The notes beneath the pieces are model-generated. The model was not told where the DNA came from. It searched no databases and saw only the letters and a program-made list of their open reading frames with translations. From an uncultured Gammaproteobacteria bacterium (GTDB lineage Bacteria; Patescibacteriota; Patescibacteriia; UBA1558; GWA2-36-10), in the NCBI GenBank assembly GCA_964633905.1, contig CAZWIT010000003.1:3193-67192 (forward strand): 64,000 nucleotides of DNA, read 5' to 3'. Shown one piece after another: positions 28,884-39,161 of the stretch. The translations under genes were made by a program, and so were the position numbers. Positions within the stretch are counted from its first letter, which is position 1. Every line of letters starts with the position of its first letter.

Positions 28884-30065
28884 TTATAACAACATATATA
28901 ATAAGGTCATAGCACCAGCAATAACAAAAGTCATTTTAAAAGCTAAAATATCTTGACCAATATAAGATAACAAAATATAAATCAAGGCAATGGCGAGTAA
29001 CTTACCAATTACTAAACTCATCTCAAAAAAAACAACATTACTCATAATATGATGATGCTGGTCTGCTTTTAGGACTTTAGCACGTTCATAAGTAATAGTA
29101 GTTAAAGGCACTGCAATAGTATTTTTACCTAATCTAGAAAAAGTGTCTAAAAAGAAGATACCAGTAGCATTTACTACAAAAATCCTAATAAACCAAGCTA
29201 AAGAATAAAAAACACTGCCTAAAGCCAGCACCCGATGTTTAATACCTTTGTCTGATAATTTACCAATATAGAGAGTAATAATAGTGGTAACTAACGTAGC
29301 CAAAGCAACAATTAAGCCAGTATCTAAAACATTGCTAATAACAATAGAAATAAAAATTGGCCAAATTACTAAAACTACAAATTCCTCACCAAAACCTAGA
29401 TAAGCAATTAGTGATTTACGATTTTGTTTGCTAAACAAGTTTTTGAAAACATTAGTATAAGAAAAATCCCCTGCTTCAAAATTTTCTTTAGTTACTAAAG
29501 TAGGAATATTAGAAGCAAAAAATATCAAGGAAACAACTACAAATAAAGTTGCATAACCTAAAGTAGAAATAATCAAGCCCGCTAAAGCAGGTCCAACAAT
29601 ATAAACCAAAGAAGTGACAACAGTCATGGCACTAACTTCTCTGCCCTGCTCATTTTCATTAGAAAATCTAGCAAAGTTAGCATGATAAGCTGGCCAGTAG
29701 AAAGTCTTTTGCAGAGTATAAATCAAAGCAACTATATAAAATAGCGATGAGTAGTCTTTGATTAAATACAAGCCAATATAGAAAAAGGCATATAAACAAG
29801 TGCCTAATAAAAGACTAACTTCATAGCCATATTTTTTAGAAAATTTAGCGCCCAGTGGCATCATTAACACATAACCAATATAAGTCACTAAATAAAAAAG
29901 TAGTATCTTTTGTAGAGAATAACCAATTTGATATAAATAAATTGGCTCCCAAAACATCACCATAGCTAAAGCAAAATTAACCATAGTGGTAGAAATATAA
30001 AGCTCTTTTATTTGACGTTTGACTGATTGAGGTAGCCACGTCCTAAATAAGCCTAAATGCAACAT
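28884..30065 (-). CDS. MFS transporter
   Basis: About 12 hydrophobic segments, GKLSDK loop motif. Confidence 0.82.
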   Translation of the reverse strand: MLHLGLFRTWLPQSVKRQIKELYISTTMVNFALAMVMFWEPIYLYQIGYSLQKILLFYLVTYIGYVLMMPLGAKFSKKYGYEVSLLLGTCLYAFFYIGLYLIKDYSSLFYIVALIYTLQKTFYWPAYHANFARFSNENEQGREVSAMTVVTSLVYIVGPALAGLIISTLGYATLFVVVSLIFFASNIPTLVTKENFEAGDFSYTNVFKNLFSKQNRKSLIAYLGFGEEFVVLVIWPIFISIVISNVLDTGLIVALATLVTTIITLYIGKLSDKGIKHRVLALGSVFYSLAWFIRIFVVNATGIFFLDTFSRLGKNTIAVPLTTITYERAKVLKADQHHHIMSNVVFFEMSLVIGKLLAIALIYILLSYIGQDILAFKMTFVIAGAMTLLYMLL

Positions 30066-30069
30066 TTTT

Positions 30070-30203
30070 ACCCTGTTAAATAAATTTAATTAATAAAAAG
30101 TAAAAAAATATTTTATCAAATATACTTTAATTATAACACATAAACCTACACTTATTAAATTTAATTTTTTAAAGTCATACTTTAAAAAATTATTTAACAG
30201 GGT
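30070..30203. mobile_element. MITE/REP-like inverted-repeat element, copy 2 (134 bp)
   Basis: ACCCTGTTAAAT 30070-30081 / ATTTAACAGGGT 30192-30203 (IR extends to 17 bp). AT-rich interior; fills almost the whole tsaC-MFS intergenic gap. Confidence 0.65.
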
Positions 30204-30209
30204 AAATTT

Positions 30210-30830
30210 TTATTTAAATAATTCTAAATTAATTGCCAAAGCACCCTGCCTTAAAATTTCTGCACCATCTTGAGAACATTTAATCATAGTGGTAGCTGGT
30301 TGATCTAAGAGATCACCAACATTAATAAATAAATCAGGCTGAAATTTACTAGTAGCAAATTGCTCTTTGACGCTAGCCACTGTAAAACTAGAAGATTTTC
30401 CCGAAATATTAGCAGAAGTAGCAGTTAGCGGACAAGCCAAAAGCGAAGCAATTGTCTGGGCTAAAGGATAACTAGAAACTCTTAAAGCTAAAAACCTATC
30501 AAAATGGGCTTGCCAATGATGATGTTTAAAAGGCAAAACCAAAGTCAATGGCCCTGGCCAATATTGACTAGCAAGTTGTCTAGCTAAAACACTAAAATCT
30601 ACCAAAGAGCTAGCATAAACAAAATCCGAAACGATTACTGGCAAATGCTTGCTGCTATCTCGTCCTTTAATTTGATAAATTTTTTGAACAGCCTTAGCAC
30701 TAAAAAAATCTGCTCCTAAGCCATAAGAAGTTTCCGTAGGATAAACTATAACGCCATCGTTTTGTAAAACTTCTAAAGCAGTCTGTAAAACTGCAATCCG
30801 ATTGCTTGAATTTAAAATGATCTCTTGCAT
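30210..30830 (-). CDS. tsaC: L-threonylcarbamoyladenylate synthase (YrdC/TsaC)
   Basis: YPTETSYGLG, IKGR, WPGPLTL, TATSANISG, ILRQG. Confidence 0.93.
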   Translation of the reverse strand: MQEIILNSSNRIAVLQTALEVLQNDGVIVYPTETSYGLGADFFSAKAVQKIYQIKGRDSSKHLPVIVSDFVYASSLVDFSVLARQLASQYWPGPLTLVLPFKHHHWQAHFDRFLALRVSSYPLAQTIASLLACPLTATSANISGKSSSFTVASVKEQFATSKFQPDLFINVGDLLDQPATTMIKCSQDGAEILRQGALAINLELFK

Positions 30831-30832
30831 AA

Positions 30833-33259
30833 TTAGTTAGCGACAATGCTAATAATCTTATTTTTGATATAGATAAATTTTTGAACACTCTTATTATCTA
30901 AAGATTTTAAGACCTTATCCCTTTGTAAAATAGTTTGTTTTAACTTTTCATCTATTTCTGTATCTATGGCTAGTTCAATAGTATCACGCAATTTACCGTT
31001 AATTTGAATTGCTACTGTTATTGTCTTATTTTTTAATAAGTCATTATTGTAAATCGGCCATTTGGCTAAACTAATACTACTCTCATGATCTAACTGCCAT
31101 AATTCCTCACTGATATGAGGAGCAAATGGCGACAATAAAATCAATATACTATGCCACGAAGATTCTGTTATTTTAGTTTGCTTATCAAAATGGTTTATTA
31201 AAATCATTAGCTGGGAAATAGCTGTATTAAACCGCATGTTCATAATATCCTCGCCAATTTTTTTAATACTTTGATGCAAAATACGTTCACTATCTTGATC
31301 TTGTTTAAATTGAAGATCTTTTTTAGTTTGCAATTCCCAAACTCTGTTTAAAAATCTGACCAAACCAGCTACACCCTTATCATCCCAAGCAATTGATTGA
31401 TCAAATGGTCCCATAAACATAATATACATGCGCAAAGCATCAGCTCCGTATTTGGCTATATATTCATCAGGATTTACCACATTGCCCTTAGATTTTGACA
31501 TTTTGACATTACCTTCACCCAAAATCATTCCTTGGGCAGTGCGCTTTTTATAAGGCTCATCACCCACTGCTTTTGGTATTACTCCAATATCATACAAAAA
31601 TTTAAAAATAAAGCGAGAATACAAAAGATGTAAAGTAGTGTGTTCATTACCGCCATTGTACCAATCTACTGGCAACCAATATTTAATTTTTTTTGGGTCA
31701 GCTAATTTTTTTTCATTTTTATTATCAACATATCTGACAAAATACCAATTAGAACCCGCCCAATTAGGCATAGTGTCCGTTTCACGCTTAGCTTTAGCGC
31801 CACATTTAGGACAAGTAGTGTTTACCCAATCATCAATAACAGCCAATGGCGACTGGCCTTCTGGACCAGGTTTAAAATCTTTGACTTCTGGTAATTTAAT
31901 CGGCAAATCGCTTTCTTTAACTGGCTGCCAGCTGCATTTTTCACAAAAAACCATCGGAATCGGCTCGCCCCAATAACGTTGTCTAGAAAAAATCCAATCA
32001 TGCAAACGATAATTAACCGTGGCCTTCCCGATTTTATTTTTCTTTAGCCAATTAACAATCTTTATTTTAAAATCATCAACTGTAAGTCCAGTAAATTGAC
32101 CGGAATTAATCATTACTCGACCATTAAGAGCTGGATAAGCTTCTACTTCCAAATCCCCACCTTCAATGACTGCTATCATTGGCAGCTGATATTTTTTAGC
32201 AAACTCCCAATCTCTTTGATCATGAGCTGGCACAGCCATAATAGCACCCGTGCCATAATTCATAGTTACGTAGTCAGCTACAAAAAGAGGTATCCGTTCT
32301 TTACTAGCTGGATTAATTACTTGAATGCCTTTTAACTGCACTCCAGTTTTAGCCTTGCTTAAACTTGCCCTTTCTAAATCAGATTTAAGAGTTGCTTGCT
32401 TAATATATTCTTGAACTTCTTTTAGATTTTCAATCTGTTTAGATAATTTATTAATAATCGGATGTTCAGGCGCCACCACCATAAAAGTCACGCCAAACAA
32501 AGTATCCGGTCTAGTGGTAAAAACTTTTAATTTTTCTGCTGTGTCAGCAATTTCAAAATCAATCTCTGCACCTTCTGACCTGCCAATCCAATTTTTTTGT
32601 TGAACCTTAATCTGCTCTAGAAAATCGACTTTATCTAAGTCATCAATCAAACGATCAGCATATTTGGTAATTCTTAGCAGCCATTGCTCTTTTTCTTTTT
32701 TAACAACTTCACTGCCACAACGCTCGCAAACACCATTAACCACCTCTTCGTTAGCCAAGCCAATCAAACAAGAAGTGCACCAATTAATATTTTCTTTAGC
32801 TTTATAGGCTAAACCCTGCTCCCATAATTTAATAAAAATCCATTGTGTAAAGCGATAATACTCGGGGTCAGTGGTTTCTAAAAACCGAGACCAATCAAAA
32901 CTATAGCCAGCTGCTTTTAGCTGACGAATAAAATTATCAATATTTTTTCTAGTTGTTTCCTGAGGAGGAATATTTTTTTTAATAGCGTAATTTTCAGCTG
33001 GCAAACCAAAAGCATCCATACCCATTGGATACAAAACACTTTTACCTAAAAAACGCTGATAACGACTAATAACATCCATAGCCGTATAAGAGCGCAAATG
33101 TCCGGCATGCAAACCTTCGCCAGAAGGATAAGGAAACTCAACTAGCGCATAAAACTTATTATCATTTTTCTCATTAGCCTGAAAAGTATTATTGTCAGCC
33201 CAGTATTTTTGCCACTTGGCTTCAATTTGATTAGCTTGATATTGATTAATTTTATCCAT
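30833..33259 (-). CDS. leuS: Leucine--tRNA ligase
   Basis: FPYPSG..HAGH, WIGRSEG, VFTTRPDT, SRQRYWGEPIP, KMSKS. Confidence 0.97.
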   Translation of the reverse strand: MDKINQYQANQIEAKWQKYWADNNTFQANEKNDNKFYALVEFPYPSGEGLHAGHLRSYTAMDVISRYQRFLGKSVLYPMGMDAFGLPAENYAIKKNIPPQETTRKNIDNFIRQLKAAGYSFDWSRFLETTDPEYYRFTQWIFIKLWEQGLAYKAKENINWCTSCLIGLANEEVVNGVCERCGSEVVKKEKEQWLLRITKYADRLIDDLDKVDFLEQIKVQQKNWIGRSEGAEIDFEIADTAEKLKVFTTRPDTLFGVTFMVVAPEHPIINKLSKQIENLKEVQEYIKQATLKSDLERASLSKAKTGVQLKGIQVINPASKERIPLFVADYVTMNYGTGAIMAVPAHDQRDWEFAKKYQLPMIAVIEGGDLEVEAYPALNGRVMINSGQFTGLTVDDFKIKIVNWLKKNKIGKATVNYRLHDWIFSRQRYWGEPIPMVFCEKCSWQPVKESDLPIKLPEVKDFKPGPEGQSPLAVIDDWVNTTCPKCGAKAKRETDTMPNWAGSNWYFVRYVDNKNEKKLADPKKIKYWLPVDWYNGGNEHTTLHLLYSRFIFKFLYDIGVIPKAVGDEPYKKRTAQGMILGEGNVKMSKSKGNVVNPDEYIAKYGADALRMYIMFMGPFDQSIAWDDKGVAGLVRFLNRVWELQTKKDLQFKQDQDSERILHQSIKKIGEDIMNMRFNTAISQLMILINHFDKQTKITESSWHSILILLSPFAPHISEELWQLDHESSISLAKWPIYNNDLLKNKTITVAIQINGKLRDTIELAIDTEIDEKLKQTILQRDKVLKSLDNKSVQKFIYIKNKIISIVAN

Positions 33260-33332
33260 AAATTTTGCAAAATATAGAATTATTTTAACATTTTAAAGCT
33301 TAAAAATCAATGCGATAAGCATTAAGCAAATA

Positions 33333-34760
33333 TTGACTAAAATACTAATTTTTATTATGATATTAGTTAGTTTACTAATAGTATTTAAAATAGATTATAT
33401 TAGTATTTTTATTAAAAAAATTCTTACTAAATTAGCGATCCGCTTAGCCGATGGCTTTATTTGGGCAAAAAAAAGATCTCCCAAAGCTCTACGTCCTCTG
33501 AGTAAGGCTTTATTTGTAATTACTAAATTTACCCTACTGCCAATTATTTTATTGATTTACAAAAATATTGTCTTAATCAAAATTAAATTAAAAGGATTTA
33601 ATTTACGTAATGCTAATTATATAAAATTTTTTAAACGCATTTTCCCTGGCGTAGTGGTGGCTTTGATTTTTATTGGCACTACTACTCAAAATATTTTTGC
33701 TAAAGATTACAATACTGAAGAATATGCTAATCATACCTTATTATCATCTTTAATCAGAGCCGATGAAACCCAGTGGAGTGAAATTATTGAAGATTCAGAA
33801 CCCGCTAAAGCTAATAATGAAAGCAATAATTTTTTAGCTGAGCAAGGAAATTTACAAGAAATTGTTTACAATGATCCTAGTAACCCCAGCGAAACTAATA
33901 ATAATGATACAGGTGGTATTTCTGCTGATGCTACCAGCCTAGTAGTCGGTCCAGAAGAAAATGAACCTAGCGTTATTACTCGTACTACTAATATTCAATA
34001 TACAGTAGAAACAGGCGATGTCTTAAGTACTATCGCTGATAAATTTAATATTACGGTCAACACTATTCTCTGGTCTAATAATCTAACTTGGACTTCAGTT
34101 ATTAAGCCTGGACAAAAATTAACCATACCGCCAGGCTCTGGTATTAATCACGATGTAGTGCGTGGCGACACGATTGCTTCAATTGCCAAAAAATACCAAG
34201 CTGATGCCCAAAAAATTATTAGCGCTAATGGACTGGCTAGTGCCAGCGATATTCAAGTTGGCGATCTTATTTTTATACCAGAAGGTGTCAAGCCAACTCA
34301 GATTGTTTCTTCTTATAAACCACCTAAGAATAGCGAAAAACCACAAACTGGCAACGCCTATAGCGATGAATATGTTCCTCCAGCTACGACTGCCGCTACT
34401 GGCACTAAATTATTGTGGCCCGTCTTAAGTCATCGTATTACTCAATATTATAGTTGGCGTCATACTGGCTTAGACGTTGGCGATAAGGTTGGTAATCCTA
34501 TTTATGCTGCTGAAGACGGCAAGGTAGAAAGATCAGGCTGGTCCAATGGCTACGGCTACAACGTAATTATTAATCATGGCAATGGCGTACAAACACTCTA
34601 TGGTCATGCTAGCAAACTATTGGTTAAAGCTGGCGACACTGTTTCCCGAGGACAAACCATAGCTTTGATAGGATCAACTGGCTGGTCAACTGGACCCCAT
34701 CTACACCTAGAAGTAAGGGAAAGTGGTGTTAGGAAAAACCCATTAAACTATATTAAATAA
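33333..34760 (+). CDS. LysM x2 plus M23 peptidoglycan endopeptidase
   Basis: YTVETGDVLSTIA and VVRGDTIASIA LysM repeats; HTGLD, YGHAS, TGPHLHLE. Start codon uncertain. Confidence 0.9.
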   Translation: MTKILIFIMILVSLLIVFKIDYISIFIKKILTKLAIRLADGFIWAKKRSPKALRPLSKALFVITKFTLLPIILLIYKNIVLIKIKLKGFNLRNANYIKFFKRIFPGVVVALIFIGTTTQNIFAKDYNTEEYANHTLLSSLIRADETQWSEIIEDSEPAKANNESNNFLAEQGNLQEIVYNDPSNPSETNNNDTGGISADATSLVVGPEENEPSVITRTTNIQYTVETGDVLSTIADKFNITVNTILWSNNLTWTSVIKPGQKLTIPPGSGINHDVVRGDTIASIAKKYQADAQKIISANGLASASDIQVGDLIFIPEGVKPTQIVSSYKPPKNSEKPQTGNAYSDEYVPPATTAATGTKLLWPVLSHRITQYYSWRHTGLDVGDKVGNPIYAAEDGKVERSGWSNGYGYNVIINHGNGVQTLYGHASKLLVKAGDTVSRGQTIALIGSTGWSTGPHLHLEVRESGVRKNPLNYIK

Positions 34761-34776
34761 AATATCTTCAAAATAT

Positions 34777-34815
34777 AAAACCAGCCCTGCGCCATACGGT
34801 GCAGGGCTGGTTTTT
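34777..34815. terminator. Bidirectional intrinsic terminator
   Basis: AAAACCAGCCCTGC-loop-GCAGGGCTGGTTTTT between convergent genes. Confidence 0.85.
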
Positions 34816-34829
34816 AAATACCCTTTAAT

Positions 34830-36191
34830 TTACATGGGCAAGCTTTCCAAAAGTCCCGACCCTAATGGATTGTAACCATTTTCTATTTCTTCTGCATCCG
34901 AATAGCCGTCGCCATCTGTATCTACCTTATCAACATCGGTACCATAGAGATCTTCTTCAAAATCTAAAAGGCCGTCGCCATCTGTATCTACTGACATGTC
35001 TAAATTAGTTTCATCAAATTGTAAATAATTTTCTGGTGAAAAAAATTGTGACATTATTTTATTAGAAAAATCTAAAAATTTAATCGTGGGTTCTGGCTTA
35101 GTTACCGTTTGAGCATTAGCTTCACTAACTTCATAATTTAAAACAATGTCAAATTGACGACTACCAAAATCATCTTTAAAAGTAATATCCAAAGCCTCAA
35201 CGTTAATTTCTTGAATAAATCTAGTCTTAGTATTTATCCAAACCGAAACTTTAGCTACTTCCAAAAACTTAGCAAAAAAACTTTTTTCATCATCTGTCAT
35301 CTTGTTATCATACATCAACTCATCGATAGTCTTGACAAGATCATTCAATTTGCCTGGTGCTACACTATAATCAAATTTTCTAATCTGCCCAGAAGGTGTT
35401 GGTTTATTTTCGCGAGTATCTTTGTAAGTAAAAAAATTTTGTTCTGTAACTCGTTTAAAAAACTCTTCTTCTTTTTTCTGGCTATCTTGCAAATATTCCT
35501 CTACTGATTTATTAGCGTCAGCCGCATTACTCTCGCTAATCCATTTATCAATATCATTGATACTTATCTCTACCCACTCCTCTCCTAAATCAAGTGGATT
35601 TTGTAATGAAGGAATTTCTAATTTATTTAGCTCCGGCTTTACATAAATATCCTGATCAATTTTTTTAAAAAAAGTATTAAAATCAAAGCTAATATCTTTA
35701 GTATTTAAAGTTAATTTAACTTGCCCGCTAGCTTGATTGCCTGACTGGTGATTATTATAAATAACACCCAAACCAGCCCCCTCTAAAGAAACACCATCGC
35801 CTAAACCTAAAAAATCTTGATTACTACTCAGGCCTTTTTCATCCAAAATATCATGCAATTTTAAGCTAAAACTAACATTTTCCTTATAATTTTCCCAGGT
35901 AGGCAAATTTGCACCTTTATTTAGCCACAAACCCTGACCATAAGCCACATAAAACCAAGCCCCACCTCCTAAAAATAATAAAATCAGGACAATAATAATG
36001 ATTGATTTAATACTAAAACTTCTTTTAATCTTAGTAGCTTGATTAACACGCTTGGCTAGCCCTGGGTCCAAAGAAACACCGGGCATGCCTAATGGCTTAC
36101 CAGATATAGGCATCGTACTAACTGGTATTAATTCTGGACTACTCTCAGTCGGCGGATTTGGTATTTGCGTTGATTGATTTAAAGTTTCCAT
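34830..36191 (-). CDS. Single-TM surface protein with C-terminal TSP3-like Ca-binding repeats
   Basis: Pro-rich N-terminus, TM helix, DTDGDGLLDFEE and DTDGDGYSDAEEIENGYNPL. Confidence 0.75.
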   Translation of the reverse strand: METLNQSTQIPNPPTESSPELIPVSTMPISGKPLGMPGVSLDPGLAKRVNQATKIKRSFSIKSIIIIVLILLFLGGGAWFYVAYGQGLWLNKGANLPTWENYKENVSFSLKLHDILDEKGLSSNQDFLGLGDGVSLEGAGLGVIYNNHQSGNQASGQVKLTLNTKDISFDFNTFFKKIDQDIYVKPELNKLEIPSLQNPLDLGEEWVEISINDIDKWISESNAADANKSVEEYLQDSQKKEEEFFKRVTEQNFFTYKDTRENKPTPSGQIRKFDYSVAPGKLNDLVKTIDELMYDNKMTDDEKSFFAKFLEVAKVSVWINTKTRFIQEINVEALDITFKDDFGSRQFDIVLNYEVSEANAQTVTKPEPTIKFLDFSNKIMSQFFSPENYLQFDETNLDMSVDTDGDGLLDFEEDLYGTDVDKVDTDGDGYSDAEEIENGYNPLGSGLLESLPM

Positions 36192-36198
36192 AAATAAA

Positions 36199-36669
36199 TT
36201 AATTATTTTTTAAACGTACATAAAAAAAGAAAGTAACTAAAGCCCACATATAAAGTGCTGGTAGCCAAGACCACATCCACCAAATAGTAAAACCGGATAA
36301 ACAAGCTATTAGCACTATCATTTGAAATTTTTCCGTAGAAGTAAACTTTTCATTAATACTAATAATTGATAAACACCAAGCTAGCGACATAAATAAAATT
36401 ACCAAAGTATCTACTCGATAATTTTTAATAATATACTCGCCCCAATATTTAATAATTATTAAATACACCAAAGCCACAAAAGAATTTAGAAAAAGTCCAT
36501 AAATATCAGTTGCTTCTGCATTACGTTTGACCAAGGAATCATAAATAAGCTCAAGCAAAGAGCCTATCAAAAAATAAAAAACAAGTGCCACTAATATTGC
36601 CACTAAAATAAAAAATAAATACGGCCAGTATTGCTGCAATAAATTTAAAAAATATTCCTGATTAATCAT
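36199..36669 (-). CDS. Hypothetical polytopic membrane protein
   Basis: About 5 hydrophobic segments. ATG at 36669 overlaps the tspO stop; the ORF track starts it at 36684. Confidence 0.65.
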   Translation of the reverse strand: MINQEYFLNLLQQYWPYLFFILVAILVALVFYFLIGSLLELIYDSLVKRNAEATDIYGLFLNSFVALVYLIIIKYWGEYIIKNYRVDTLVILFMSLAWCLSIISINEKFTSTEKFQMIVLIACLSGFTIWWMWSWLPALYMWALVTFFFYVRLKNN

Positions 36670-37139
36670 TAATTTAATCTCCAAATAGTAAAATTTAAGA
36701 AACTGGCAAAACTAACCCACAGTAGATATGGAATTAATAAACTAGCTGCCAATTTATTAATTGGCCAAAATTTAACTATAATAATTAAAATAAAAAACCA
36801 CAAGAAAACAATCTCTGCTAGCGCCAATCCTGGATTCTGTAGACCAAAAAATAGAACTGACCATAAAACATTAGCCAAAAGATGCACATAAAAAAACCAC
36901 AAAGCTGATTTCTTTAGTTTAGATTTGCTCTGTCTAATATAATAAACTGATATTCCCATTAAAATAAAAAGTAAGGTCCAAACTGGTCCAAACCAACTAC
37001 TAGGTGGATTCCAACTAGGTTTGTTTAAAAACTGGTACCAACTAGCGATATTGGGTGTAGTAAAAATTGAGCCAATAGCTCCAGCCGCTAAACAAAGACC
37101 AATGCTCAAAATTAAACTTAAGGCTGATTTTTTATCCAT
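36669..37139 (-). CDS. tspO: TspO/MBR tryptophan-rich sensory protein
   Basis: WYQFLNKPSWNPP, FGPVWTLL, WSVLFFG, LLIPYLLWVSFA. Confidence 0.93.
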   Translation of the reverse strand: MDKKSALSLILSIGLCLAAGAIGSIFTTPNIASWYQFLNKPSWNPPSSWFGPVWTLLFILMGISVYYIRQSKSKLKKSALWFFYVHLLANVLWSVLFFGLQNPGLALAEIVFLWFFILIIIVKFWPINKLAASLLIPYLLWVSFASFLNFTIWRLN

Positions 37140-37236
37140 ATAATAAATAATTACTCTAATATTATAACATTTTTTAAAATAAAATAAAAACGACCCAATT
37201 TCTTAACTTAAAGACTGGATCGTTTTAAAATAATAA

Positions 37237-37713
37237 CTAAGGTCGAGCTATGTACCATAATTTATTAATGCCTTGTCCTAAGACATCGCCCATTTTTTTA
37301 TCTTTGCTATAATAATACAAGGGCTGACCATTATAAGTTATCTGAACTTGACCATCATTACGTTCAATAGCACCTAAAACACCACTCAAGCCAAGCCCTA
37401 AAGCCATATCAGCTTCATTTAAAAGTGGCGGCCAATCTTTACTACAAGTGTCCAAACACTTACTTTGACCAGCACCATCATCTTTGAAGGTATATAAAGT
37501 CAGACCTGATTTATCTACTAAATAATTTCCTAGAATTTCATCACTATTTACTAATATTACTATATTGCTAGCAGCTGGCTCTGTTTGGTATAAACTGGTA
37601 ATAATTGATTTATTTAACTTAGCTGAGAATAATAATAAGGCTGAGCCAATGACTAAAAAATATAAAGCCATAATTGGCCAAAAGTGAGCTTGTTTCTTTT
37701 TATTATTTTGCAT
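37237..37713 (-). CDS. COG4315/Lipoprotein_15-type secreted repeat protein
   Basis: GLTLYTFKDD..C...C..DWPP and QITYNGQPLYYYSKD..GDVLGQG...W. Confidence 0.8.
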   Translation of the reverse strand: MQNNKKKQAHFWPIMALYFLVIGSALLLFSAKLNKSIITSLYQTEPAASNIVILVNSDEILGNYLVDKSGLTLYTFKDDGAGQSKCLDTCSKDWPPLLNEADMALGLGLSGVLGAIERNDGQVQITYNGQPLYYYSKDKKMGDVLGQGINKLWYIARP

Positions 37714-37752
37714 AAATATTTATTAATATTCTAATTATACCACTTTTTGCCT

Positions 37753-37786
37753 AATAAAAAAATACCGCTTTAGCGGTATTTTTATT
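37753..37786 (-). terminator. Intrinsic terminator after the DUF1428 gene
   Basis: AAAAATACCGC-TTTA-GCGGTATTTTT. Confidence 0.75.
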
Positions 37787-37805
37787 TTATTTTTTATCTA
37801 GTAAT

Positions 37806-38186
37806 TTAACCTTCAACCTCCACTTTAAAGCCGCCGACAGCCATACGCTTCATATCAAATGGCATTTGAATATCGGTATTGTCTTTATACTTTTCGCTCA
37901 TTTCGTCCATTACTTTTTTAGTTACCTCGTCCCGATGTTCTTTGGATTTATAAACAATAAATGAAAACCAAACGGTCTCGTCTGAATTTGCTTTTGCTAA
38001 TTCAGTAAAGGCAAGCGACTTTATCCCACCCATCTCTTTTGCTCCTAAATCATCACCTATACACTCATAGTACTCGAGGGCACCATGTTTCATCCACATA
38101 TCTCTTCCCTCGCTTGCCATTTTTTTATATTCTTCGGTTTTGTCTCTTGGAACTACCAATACAAAACCATCTATATATTTTGTCAT
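37806..38186 (-). CDS. DUF1428 family protein
   Basis: YIDGFVLVVP, GALEYYECIGDD, VWFSFIVYKSKEHRD, MPFDMKRM. Confidence 0.9.
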   Translation of the reverse strand: MTKYIDGFVLVVPRDKTEEYKKMASEGRDMWMKHGALEYYECIGDDLGAKEMGGIKSLAFTELAKANSDETVWFSFIVYKSKEHRDEVTKKVMDEMSEKYKDNTDIQMPFDMKRMAVGGFKVEVEG

Positions 38187-38222
38187 AATGTTTAATTTAT
38201 TACCTGTTAATAAAATTTATCT

Positions 38223-38311
38223 TGGCGGAGGCGGAAGGATTCGAACCTTCGATCCCTTTGGGGGATAACACTTTTCGAGAGTGCCCCATTCAACCACTCT
38301 GGCACGCCTCC
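38223..38311 (-). tRNA. tRNA-Ser(CGA)
   Basis: GGAGGCG acceptor stem, anticodon arm GCACT-CTCGAAA-AGTGT, long variable arm, GTTCGAAT, encoded CCA. Confidence 0.95.
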
Positions 38312-38441
38312 TAGTAATCCTAAGAATATTTAATTTTACTTGTAAAGTCAAATACTATGATTTATACTTAATAAGAAGAGGCTAGCTAAATTTACTTTAA
38401 TAAACATAGTCTCCGCACCAGCACAACCTTAAGGAGAAGGC

Positions 38442-38933
38442 ATGCTACTGCTTGTCACTCTAGCTCACCCTCGGATCTTTTACAAAGTCGTAAACGCTAA
38501 AATCTATCAAATCACATTGCCCAGCGGCCAATATATTTTCCGCAAAATTATTAACCCTATTAACCCAGAACTCAAGGATTGGCTTATCCTAGACGAGCCT
38601 CAACTTATCAACACTGATTTTTCAGCCAATGATATTATTGGCGCATGTTATGAATATATGATGTTTTGGTGCCAGACACCAAGTTTGTTTGCCTTTAACG
38701 ATATGATAATCGCCATGGAAGAACTTGCTACTGTAGCTGTAGCCAATGATCAATCAGAAGGTATAATCCTACAGCCAGCTAAATTAGCTAAAATCATACA
38801 CCTACCACCAAATTACCCTCCCTTTGCCCGAGTACCCAAGAGACATCAATTTAAAACTTACGTTACGACTCCGATAATCATCGGAAGGAGAAAATGGAAC
38901 CCGGCCGCGCGCCGAATCATGAGTTGCTCTTAA
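38442..38933 (+). CDS. Orphan hypothetical protein
   Basis: 163-aa ORF with SD-like AAGGAG upstream and its own terminator. Confidence 0.6.
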   Translation: MLLLVTLAHPRIFYKVVNAKIYQITLPSGQYIFRKIINPINPELKDWLILDEPQLINTDFSANDIIGACYEYMMFWCQTPSLFAFNDMIIAMEELATVAVANDQSEGIILQPAKLAKIIHLPPNYPPFARVPKRHQFKTYVTTPIIIGRRKWNPAARRIMSCS

Positions 38934-38950
38934 GCAATATATCCTTCCCT

Positions 38951-38980
38951 GCCGCCGGACTAGGCTTCGGCGGCTTTTTT
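38951..38980 (+). terminator. Intrinsic terminator
   Basis: GCCGCCGGA-loop-TTCGGCGGC followed by TTTTTT. Confidence 0.8.
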
Positions 38981-39047
38981 ATAAAAAAATAGCCGGGTCG
39001 GCTATCATAAAATCTTTATTAATTATTTAATGACTTTCTCAAAACTC

Positions 39048-39161
39048 GTGCCTCTCGACTCGCTATGCTCGCTCGAGACATTCGACTACTAATAATAAAT
39101 AATTTTATTAGCTGGCCGAAGGCCATGAGCGAAGTTTTACGAAGTAAAACGGAGTCGAATG
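39048..39161. repeat. REP-like palindromic element abutting the tRNA-Leu 3' end
   Basis: CATTCGACT (39079-39087) / AGTCGAATG (39153-39161) inverted repeat enclosing small hairpins, plus a CTCGA..TCGAG arm. Confidence 0.55.

Noticed and set aside
34905-34990. 20-bp direct repeat GCCGTCGCCATCTGTATCTA
   Set aside because: Explained by the two DTDGDG Ca-binding repeats in the protein.
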